From: Phoronis australis
Lineage: Eukaryota; Animalia; Phoronida
DNA: 64,000 nt
Reading direction: 5' to 3'
Assembly (NCBI GenBank): GCA_002633005.1
Contig: NMRA01000142.1
Coordinates: forward strand, 186,001 to 250,000
Part shown: one piece after another, positions 61,201-64,000 of the stretch
How the letters are laid out: each line of letters begins with the position of its first letter
Numbering within the stretch: the first letter of the stretch is position 1
The notes under the pieces: generated by a model
Seen by the model: the letters and a program-made list of their open reading frames with translations, nothing else
Database searches by the model: none
What the model was told of the DNA's origin: nothing
Translations under genes and position numbers: made by a program

Positions 61201-63702
61201 TAGCGAACTATGCATTTATTAACTTAAAATCAAAAAATACAGTTTTATGCAAAAAATGCTGATATTTTCATATCAGCCGAGGCTATGACTTTCCATTTAC
61301 ATGTCCCCCTTCCGAATCAACATCCGGGCGTTTATTTGGTGTTACTGAAACGCCTGAAAATTTTCTTGTTCCAAATACATGCCCACGGGCTTATCCACGG
61401 AAAATCCCGGTAATAACTATAACACTCATAATTACTAAGAATCTTAAATTGCAATCCACACATAAATGTGTTATGACCACTTAACCTTGAAGTGACCTTG
61501 AGCTATCAGTTGTGCATAAAAAATGTCACCAAGTACAAGTTTTTACAAAAATTTCACACAGAACTGGTCAAGTAACCTCACTTGCCCACTCAAGTTGTAA
61601 GCAAACCAATCAGAATCCAGCAAATGGTGCTGAGGTCTCAGCTGGAAAAAGTATAACATACACAGCAGAGAGGTCAAGGATGCAATTTTCCGTCTTGGTT
61701 GTAAAAAAATATCAGTAGAGTTTCTTCTCAATTCTGCCATCCCTTCATCGATGAGATAAGTGCTGACTTAAACAAAGAAGATGTAACAAAGAATTCTAAG
61801 AGCTGTAATGCAATTGTCTCACTTCAAATGGGTGTTCTCAGTACACTCTTATGTATGTTGTAAATATCTACCAGCAGGCATGTTAGAAGCCTTTGACAAT
61901 GAAGGAAGTCACTGTAATTAATGATAAAAATTCTTCAATTTGAAACAAAAAATTGCTAAAATCAGCATTTTCTAATTTTCAAAGACGACATATTCGCTGC
62001 AAATGCTCAAAATTTCACTAAATGCTCCCTGGTGACATCTGTGCTATACACAACATGCTGACAACAAAGCAATTTCTTAAGTGTTACTCTGCTGAGAAAT
62101 CGGACAAAACTAAATTCTACTAGTCCACAATATTGTGTCCCAAACCGGAGAATTTTTACAGAACTATACCTTTGCCTATCAGCCCATGGTCCATAACTAA
62201 TATTTGTCTCCTTGCCATACTTCACGTCGGTACTATGGCCACACTTAATGTCCATGCCCCAACAAGGATACGTCTGCCTGACGACCACGTCACCGCTGGC
62301 CATCTGCAGTACCTGAGGTTCGTACGGTACTTTGCCCGGCTCATCGAAGTAGTAGATAATATCCACATAGTTCGACTGCAGGACAACGAACCCTTCCCCC
62401 ATGTAACGAGGAGGTCTACAAAAGGTAATGACAATTACGACTATCTTCAAACAAAGGCATGCCATACTGCGGACCAAAAAACCTAAGTTTAACACCAGTT
62501 AGCAAAAATAACACTTTTGGCAATGAAACATGAGAAAATATTTGTTACAAGGGGCATAGAACATCTGTCGCATATTTTTTTGTTTCTGTATAACGTTTTT
62601 TTATTTATTGCCCATGGAAATTTCTTGTTTCAAAAGGCCGGTGGCCTACAAAATAAACATATGGATAATGAAGCTTCCCTGCCTTGAAACAGCTTCAGAA
62701 AGTGTTTCTAAAGATAACGAATACGCGTATGATACTTTACTACTTGAATTTACCTGCAAGGCAAACAGATTACTTGAGAAATTACTTACTCGTCCTTTGG
62801 TCCAGTGTATCGAGGGCTGGGGACCAACATAACGCGTACATTTTCAGCTTCACATTTAGTGACATGCATGAATGTATCGAACGGCGTTGACGCAGGCTTC
62901 GTGGTGTATAAAAAATGACCATCGTCGAATCCGATTGACAACGTTGAAGGCACGAGATGATTTCCGAATACAAACTTCCCCTAAAAGATGCAAGGAAATG
63001 TGTAATGATAGAAAATGTAGGATGGGGAAATGTTATAAACTTTCCGTGAAAAATATTTGGTTTTCGTCAGTGCTCGCTTGTGTCATTGTTGAAGCTATGC
63101 ACCGCAACTTAAAAACTTATAAAGAAAAATGCACACCTGCATCACTTTTATAGAAGATATCAGGGGAATTTTTTTGAAACCAACAAAGTGTCAACTAAAA
63201 ATGCACCGCATCTTTAAATGAACCGCAGACAAGATAAAATGCTTTTTAGACCTTAGGATACACACTAATGCCTTGAAGACAAGCATCTCTTCCATAACAC
63301 ATGACTTAAACACTTTTTGACAGGGATACTGACACAAGAGGGAATGTGAAGGTGAACTGAAAGGACACCTACAGTCAACTTTCTGGTGACAAGTTTACCC
63401 CCTCCATACAAGCAGACATACGCAATGTTGATAGCATCAGAATTTTGCAAAGTGTGAAAAAAATGACTTCCCAAAAGTAAAGCACCTGGAGAGAATACCA
63501 CTGACTAAATGAAAATTTAATATTGTTGCCATGACGTTTCGATGTCAAATTATGCAATAATTTTACACGCAAATCAAAAATATAACAACAATGAATATTT
63601 TTTATATTTTTTTCTCATTGACACAAAGGACATACCACAGACACACGGAATTTGATGACTGGTATCAGGTCTCTCCACTGAAGCCAATTGGCTGACTCTT
63701 CA
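1086..63702 (-). CDS. BLTP1: Bridge-like lipid transfer protein family member 1 (BLTP1/KIAA1109/tweek) ortholog, multi-exon, partial (both ends outside the window)
   Basis: 48 GT-AG exons join in a consistent phase (~12,050 nt). Peptides such as WRDLIPVIK, PPRYMGEGFVVLQSN, YGPWADRQR, LEYAWLIEATIG, HDNLTRRLWFLWP, KCGCLGGCTFFG, IPQHPVVLHGMVTRS, EQRMALN, QPSIIRFNCLPVSRVECLLRLPSLDLVFST and RKDSLSLNVEFVKVNISR match my recollection of KIAA1109/BLTP1 in the same order. Confidence 0.96.
1911..2183 (-). CDS. BLTP1: BLTP1 exon 47
   Basis: GGLSVTGCLADFSLFVFHPYG; phase 1->1. Confidence 0.92.
2671..2928 (-). CDS. BLTP1: BLTP1 exon 46
   Basis: SFPVDIVVYVSVQPSIIRFNCLPVSRVECLLRLPSLDLVFSTKR; phase 1->1. Confidence 0.94.
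3671..3770 (-). CDS. BLTP1: BLTP1 exon 45
   Basis: EMQISPALLDFLEQALDPI; phase 0->1. Confidence 0.92.
4378..4556. mobile_element. ~180-bp MITE, family A (TIR ATTGACCTATCGC)
   Basis: aattgacctatcgc ... gcaataggtcaatt; internal sequence is the reverse complement of 40227-40402. Confidence 0.8.
4751..4918 (-). CDS. BLTP1: BLTP1 exon 44
   Basis: VQYCSKT...KRADLYAWISLQKLPE; phase 0->0. Confidence 0.92.
5566..5725 (-). CDS. BLTP1: BLTP1 exon 43
   Basis: PLRKEKS...VTVFYSPGVDVK; phase 2->0. Confidence 0.9.
6204..6389 (-). CDS. BLTP1: BLTP1 exon 42
   Basis: EPIIDLQMDIQVKINSGEILLHPK; phase 2->2. Confidence 0.9.
6839..7030 (-). CDS. BLTP1: BLTP1 exon 41
   Basis: PERAKDDLLSS...RRCTSQTPSGVKVEVNF...; phase 2->2; gtaagg donor. 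Confidence 0.82.
8905..9106 (+). mobile_element. Degenerate 3' remnant of the same Helentron-like family as 16057-17850
   Basis: gcccctaggggttacagacgtagtcaaatctgttcg...atgaaaggaacgtgtcagcaaaatttcatc...cccagac aligns by eye with 17620-17810 (gccactaggggcagaacggtagtcgaatccgtccg...atgaaaggaacacgtgcaaaatttcatg...cccagac). Confidence 0.65.
9615..9856 (+). promoter_or_regulatory. Candidate inducible promoter and non-coding first exon of the nested TLR (IRF/NF-kB/AP-1 cluster, TATA-like elements, splice donor)
   Basis: GAAAgaGAAAggGAAA (9615-9630) overlapping GGGAAACTCC (9625-9634); TGAGTCA at 9689 and 9700; catataag 9758 and TATAAAAG 9823; AAG|GTAAGT donor at 9850; tttcag acceptor directly before the TLR ATG at 12718. 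Motif matches only. Confidence 0.45.
12718..15198 (+). CDS. Toll-like receptor, multiple-cysteine-cluster (mcc/protostome-type), single-exon CDS, nested antisense in a BLTP1 intron
   Basis: 826-aa uninterrupted ORF: signal peptide; LRRNT (CPQNCTC); LxxLxLxxNxI repeats; LRRCT (GNPYQCDC); second LRRNT (CPTNCKC...VDCRQSNLTSMP); LRRs; LRRCT (NNPWQCSC); TM (ISVSTIAALCLLAGLLVWYY); TIR (YDVFISYS, CFHERDFICG, SPAFLRSEWCMFEF). Confidence 0.96.
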   Translation: MARKRIIPMAFILLWTTSTGLASAAAYCPQNCTCTSQVPPLLLFWLPQRAVANIQCRIREDGFVLHDEVKHILSSRNHTPLLFLVMKCDNGIRVQWDDASFLERTVGLVIGSCRFDQATALKFPNRTMLVHLQLLNVGENFLQKTSFNGLENIRTLLVDGNALSTIPISLRNAATTMKDLFQADFSSNQLKTFDCNLFRHSRYHGILSIYYKNNSMTQIPPCFCNTSYLSVDFSHNKITDISYLGCSQTNNFNLSFNKITTIPKFYKDRLHNLMSLILDNNNISVIKTGSFVQQLLSLQTLSLANNKITKIEHHAFGSLNSLVKLSLNGNRLQTFDKAMAPTATIHPFEIDLRNNTLKHPPYENHDYIGPSNSVTLIAGNPYQCDCAMGRFIEAMKRSNVMDRLRGVESAICKTPQDLSGSRLVDLNFNETCDYIDECPTNCKCVENKSSETVAVDCRQSNLTSMPDVMPEGFLKVDLSGNAIQVLQRREYLNSVLELDLSHNQLNHVSELAMHQLDKIAKLCMDNNNLGRLPRILSDWHPINLTSLRLHNNPWQCSCQTLWLKTWLSRFGSILKKPQEVRCYKDGRYQASVLTTAITCTDYKLEAISVSTIAALCLLAGLLVWYYRWEIRLLLHMHLKRYPFDGESARQKTYDVFISYSEEDAPWVRERLVQILEKEHQQPLRVCFHERDFICGAPIASNIQSAIEDSLFVIIVMSPAFLRSEWCMFEFKLAHNCMLKNIIANTLIVLKEMPDIHGLDVLLRSYFRTKAYLDVRDDAFINKLYDKLKTNRKQDELQESLNNGLIGGAEVGTSGRCHLIGRQENVI
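15245..15250 (+). promoter_or_regulatory. Candidate polyadenylation signal of the TLR
   Basis: AATAAA 47 nt after the stop codon; other, more distal signals are possible. Confidence 0.4.
16120..17710. repeat. Higher-order satellite: ~450-bp trimer of ~150-bp monomers, about 3.5 copies
   Basis: Anchor atggccac/atagccac at 16131, 16577, 17029, 17473 (spacing 446/452/444); gtttggttgatagaggggtgg-type segment recurs with the same period; GCCACYAG core every 140-161 bp. Confidence 0.92.
17757..17804. repeat. 11-bp tandem repeat (GCCGGACGGAC)x4
   Basis: gccggacggac repeated four times. Confidence 0.95.
18686..18772 (-). CDS. BLTP1: BLTP1 exon 40 (symmetric, possibly alternative)
   Basis: ATTDIHLQLLDTSLPSDRPLSDLSDNAF; cag/gtgagt; phase 2->2; low conservation. 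Confidence 0.7.
20319..20422 (-). CDS. BLTP1: BLTP1 exon 39
   Basis: AASLKDKLGLGYKPSVSGHMRSRS; phase 0->2. Confidence 0.9.
20785..21016 (+). repeat. Old dispersed repeat, copy 1 (second copy at about 29365-29579)
   Basis: Shared gtcatgtga...aaattcatagcaaaaca...caaaacact...ttttctaaa...tttcgtttt...tagcccct. Confidence 0.65.
21841..21964 (-). CDS. BLTP1: BLTP1 exon 38
   Basis: SLGAKNAYIDLEEKKLQELEAVLYHDFRRDIVSKIRAQSVK; phase 2->0. Confidence 0.92.
23518..23660 (-). CDS. BLTP1: BLTP1 exon 37
   Basis: IDAPTLL...LPPFVYD...RLIEREMNEQARLVQDL; phase 0->2; gtgagt donor. Confidence 0.9.
24048..24706. other. 329-bp direct duplication across a single N (24377); probable assembly artefact
   Basis: 24048-24376 and 24378-24706 are identical except for two substitutions I could see; the junction is exactly at the N. 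Confidence 0.85.
24574..24755 (-). CDS. BLTP1: BLTP1 exon 36
   Basis: AKWVLNILWEMDGINVHLDTNIGQRLNILGQTLTAL; phase 1->0. Confidence 0.92.
25106..25252 (-). CDS. BLTP1: BLTP1 exon 35
   Basis: FCLRFADEFEMGWDDWRP...MNACVVPQGTYEVCSKT; phase 1->1. Confidence 0.93.
25738..25858 (-). CDS. BLTP1: BLTP1 exon 34
   Basis: GSQGRH...AVLCLTLENTLISACSCGSLVSKGKFT; phase 0->1. Confidence 0.92.
26406..26710. repeat. Foldback/palindromic element (long inverted repeat)
   Basis: 38-bp perfect arm attagctacaaagcatgtctgggattttcttttaaggc (26473-26510) with its reverse complement at 26608-26645; imperfect pairing extends outward. Confidence 0.85.
26968..27108 (-). CDS. BLTP1: BLTP1 exon 33
   Basis: VLAATQQVYDH...TLFLQFTVDDLGICMPL; phase 0->0. 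Confidence 0.92.
27912..27972. mobile_element. Terminal fragment related to MITE family A
   Basis: tttcacaaggaggcggagcttgcgataggtaaatt matches the end of the 40227 copy. Confidence 0.6.
28409..28482 (-). CDS. BLTP1: BLTP1 exon 32
   Basis: VMVWLNYKNAYDYWSEQRMALNTE; phase 1->0. Confidence 0.93.
29002..29098 (-). CDS. BLTP1: BLTP1 exon 31
   Basis: DEIITGQSEDQEALLITLQKPVILVQPVSFDK; phase 0->1. Confidence 0.9.
29075..29280. repeat. 50-bp tandem repeat overlapping the BLTP1 exon 31 splice acceptor
   Basis: Units begin tgattggc at 29075, 29125, 29175, 29225 (partial) and 29250. Confidence 0.9.
29365..29579 (+). repeat. Old dispersed repeat, copy 2
   Basis: Aligns by eye with 20785-21016. Confidence 0.65.
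30021..30238. repeat. Degenerate inverted repeat / MITE remnant
   Basis: tatctctcaaagagtct...tttttgtct versus agacaaaagtc...agactctttaagaaata. Confidence 0.5.
32483..32634 (-). CDS. BLTP1: BLTP1 exon 30
   Basis: LNFKLFAKAQVDLNVSLGQLIKNPMFEEAEPEFQTLSFFKTRISIRNALP; phase 1->0. Confidence 0.93.
33652..33775 (-). CDS. BLTP1: BLTP1 exon 29
   Basis: CIQITATTPTFSAVRLETGIIDLELSNRVR...; GTAAGG donor; an in-frame alternative donor gives a boundary at 33685. Confidence 0.87.
34130..34386 (+). mobile_element. Degenerate copy of a related Helentron-like element
   Basis: aaaactgccactagaggactccacagtaa monomer core, ggacgccg/ggacagatgccagacag microsatellite-like tract and cacataaaaa end. Confidence 0.5.
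34713..34832 (-). CDS. BLTP1: BLTP1 exon 28
   Basis: EINEVLQKMSGGEKPVPLW...LLYSFIVRLK; phase 0->0. Confidence 0.92.
35030..35124 (-). mobile_element. Degenerate tRNA-derived SINE head
   Basis: Minus strand: ggcaatgTGGCttcaaagaataag (A-box-like) ... gttgtgGGTTttagtCCCac (B-box-like) ... gtcccttgagtcagg; too degenerate for a functional tRNA. Confidence 0.4.
35298..35865. mobile_element. MITE with ~35-bp TIRs, PIF/Harbinger-like (GGG...CCC ends)
   Basis: gggctgttccagtaaaatccgtgtggggggaaggca ... tgccttccccctcccatacagattttactggaacagccc; flanked by taa/aaa. Confidence 0.8.
36084..36335 (-). CDS. BLTP1: BLTP1 exon 27
   Basis: VPERDIPNVPSSASIDLPPVHV...FEHTLTTDLLNHLVFAQKVFMK; phase 0->0. Confidence 0.93.
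37098..37187 (-). CDS. BLTP1: BLTP1 exon 26
   Basis: IGEVTASGITGDQANFTVDLPSHSLSFHSK; phase 0->0. Confidence 0.92.
38136..38325 (-). CDS. BLTP1: BLTP1 exon 25
   Basis: SSDSVGD...PLVVRIKGVLRGLAVGTSLLPSLRASYQ; phase 2->0. Confidence 0.9.
40227..40402. mobile_element. ~180-bp MITE, family A, inverted relative to the 4378 copy
   Basis: attgacctatcgc ... gcgataggtcaat perfect 13-bp TIR; shares ggtaaaacttattgtttgtt and ccaagcgccatttt-type internal segments. Confidence 0.82.
42038..42271 (-). CDS. BLTP1: BLTP1 exon 24
   Basis: TVVTVSVDQSECLF...IDIPQHPVVLHGMVTRSTKRISTTLQEF; phase 2->2. Confidence 0.93.
42690..42786 (-). CDS. BLTP1: BLTP1 exon 23
   Basis: VGKRKSKEMSVTAHMDSSTIKLLEGAARNKT; phase 1->2; gtaagt donor. 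Confidence 0.88.
43702..43851 (-). CDS. BLTP1: BLTP1 exon 22
   Basis: IYIGESTPLVIFGMAKI...LSGLILESEVKNIQGSMSMKEK; phase 1->1. Confidence 0.92.
44212..46231 (-). CDS. BLTP1: BLTP1 exon 21 (2020 nt)
   Basis: KKYNKLTLLSKTLQEDPSCQL...RQWKNQLY...QFVNMPLLRLVNQM...TPKCWRTLYHLLELY; phase 0->1. Confidence 0.93.
46503..46683 (-). CDS. BLTP1: BLTP1 exon 20
   Basis: LDWNLLSTATPAINAWLN...AVLACMMTDAL; phase 2->0. Confidence 0.93.
46896..48082 (-). CDS. BLTP1: BLTP1 exon 19 (1187 nt)
   Basis: INVAFLQASIVEE...LTAIPSNQSKVLF...VWFNFAAPPPP...LDFTR; phase 0->2. Confidence 0.93.
48190..48425. repeat. Degenerate inverted repeat / MITE remnant
   Basis: aaatccattaactccagtcc...caggacaaatt versus aatttgtcctg...ggactggagtttaggggattt. 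Confidence 0.55.
49084..49154 (-). CDS. BLTP1: BLTP1 exon 18
   Basis: SCKPKEKERWKSSRFQVLFSLKE; needed to bridge phase 1->0. Confidence 0.8.
49486..49640 (-). CDS. BLTP1: BLTP1 exon 17
   Basis: YVEALTPSLSKVHPSAVLDTLHICC...; phase 2->1. Confidence 0.85.
49838..49913. repeat. 19-bp minisatellite x4
   Basis: (aaaagcctattgtgaatgc)x4, perfect. Confidence 0.95.
50307..50421 (-). CDS. BLTP1: BLTP1 exon 16
   Basis: SDTAFKVEDKTSKTTAVIKLTGSVDILVSPLSIESAT; phase 1->2. Confidence 0.88.
50748..52187 (-). CDS. BLTP1: BLTP1 exon 15 (1440 nt, Ser-rich disordered insert)
   Basis: KCGCLGGCTFFG...QPITKSPLLMSCYLNHL; ORF 50731-52185; phase 1->1. Confidence 0.9.
52464..52770 (-). CDS. BLTP1: BLTP1 exon 14
   Basis: VKPVHLATCNLHG...WVEAGG...HDNLTRRLWFLWP; phase 0->1. 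Confidence 0.93.
53067..53477 (-). CDS. BLTP1: BLTP1 exon 13
   Basis: GHLALSSLQVRGHAMFS...LEYAWLIEATIG...CPTTEEIKYRLTR; phase 0->0. Confidence 0.93.
53724..54137. mobile_element. Tc1/mariner-type (TA-flanked) MITE
   Basis: taccgtgaatttccggaaataggccca ... tgggtctattttcggaaattcgtagta. Confidence 0.7.
54391..54528 (-). CDS. BLTP1: BLTP1 exon 12
   Basis: HCSPNDPPCPSIFVDQIGFELDKKYRETKLQVLVAPIIVVAKDNVQ; phase 0->0. Confidence 0.92.
55035..55229 (-). CDS. BLTP1: BLTP1 exon 11
   Basis: ENYFGEDQKFIDV...DPRKYRPMALTLSISLRDIQGHLIR; phase 0->0. Confidence 0.92.
55507..55810 (-). CDS. BLTP1: BLTP1 exon 10
   Basis: LGWIDCISSPIVALNLIYTYHP...YGTLLRNFLHLK; phase 2->0. Confidence 0.92.
56634..56800 (-). CDS. 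BLTP1: BLTP1 exon 9
   Basis: AENVDVRIHLPETNTTSQM...QFRRVTKK; phase 0->2. Confidence 0.9.
57098..57195 (-). CDS. BLTP1: BLTP1 exon 8
   Basis: HIAAGGEILEVSLTLPYDDFLPPMVAMTLLIK; gtaagt donor; phase 1->0. Confidence 0.9.
58696..58851 (-). CDS. BLTP1: BLTP1 exon 7
   Basis: MIEDWSSKSVPDIYSFVPYTW...NEYNWIDCTSTNQEN; phase 1->1. Confidence 0.92.
59236..59348. repeat. 53-bp perfect tandem duplication
   Basis: gagtcagtgaaataatcatcttccttcatcagtgtacaattgttgttcagtag x2 followed by gagtcag. Confidence 0.93.
59422..59539 (-). CDS. BLTP1: BLTP1 exon 6
   Basis: FDLNIHYPREWNSLQDWQVDLKGCKATLQFIFQHKVFLQ; phase 0->1. Confidence 0.9.
60268..60438 (-). CDS. BLTP1: BLTP1 exon 5
   Basis: ETQAIHLNCGPASYVEAIIP...GQLLHFDGTTSMQFREFL; phase 0->0. 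Confidence 0.92.
60768..60924 (-). CDS. BLTP1: BLTP1 exon 4
   Basis: EQLYKFFYPADYQ...FRMNILADASIDILFTMNS; phase 2->0. Confidence 0.93.
61001..61412. mobile_element. Tc1/mariner-type (TA-flanked) MITE
   Basis: taccggaattttctgtagataagccc ... gggcttatccacggaaaatcccggta. Confidence 0.75.
62170..62415 (-). CDS. BLTP1: BLTP1 exon 3
   Basis: PPRYMGEGFVVLQSNYVDIIYYFDEPG...YGPWADRQR; phase 2->2. Confidence 0.93.
62790..62980 (-). CDS. BLTP1: BLTP1 exon 2
   Basis: GKFVFGNHLVPSTLSIGFDD...YTTKP...ENVRVMLVPSPRYTG; tttag/gtaagt; phase 0->2. Confidence 0.93.
63636..63702 (-). CDS. BLTP1: BLTP1 exon (window exon 1)
   Basis: EESANWLQWRDLIPVIKFRVSV; GTATG donor; acceptor position less certain. Confidence 0.8.
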
Positions 63703-64000
63703 CTGGAAAATGAAATTAATCAAATCATACACTTTATTGGACATGCAATATCTATGCTAACTGGCCAATATGAAACATGACATTTGCATGAATTGTTTTG
63801 TAATGTAAGACCTGAGAAAATTTTCAAATTTGGCTTTACAGTTGAACATCATATCTCAGAAATAGATTTAAATTAAGTGGTACTTTATGCACTGCTCTTA
63901 AAAACGAGGATGTCAAATATTGGCACTTTCAGAAATCTTATGAAAAGTTACATTGCTTTTAAAAACAAAAACAAAAAGATAAAATACACATCATCTTGTT

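Overview
Animal (invertebrate bilaterian-like, AT-rich, spliceosomal GT-AG introns) genomic DNA; the species cannot be fixed from the sequence. The whole window lies inside one large minus-strand gene, the bridge-like lipid transfer protein BLTP1 (KIAA1109/tweek/lpd-3/Csf1 family). I traced 48 phase-consistent coding exons by hand (about 12,050 nt, about 4,016 codons); both ends of the gene lie outside the window. Its largest intron (7031-18685) contains an antisense Toll-like receptor with a single-exon CDS (12718-15198, 826 aa, multiple-cysteine-cluster type) and a non-canonical TIR BB loop (RDFICG). About 3 kb upstream of this TLR is a compact IRF/NF-kB/AP-1 motif cluster followed by a strong splice donor, and a splice acceptor sits directly before the TLR ATG. 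Downstream of it is a Helentron-like element whose internal ~150/450-bp satellite carries about 11 regularly spaced CTCF-like motifs; remnants of the same family lie upstream of the TLR. Other introns hold several MITE/foldback elements, small tandem repeats, a tandem amplification of a 3' splice site, candidate cassette or micro-exons, and a 329-bp duplication across an N that is probably an assembly artefact. Protein identities rest on my recall of family sequences, not on a database search.
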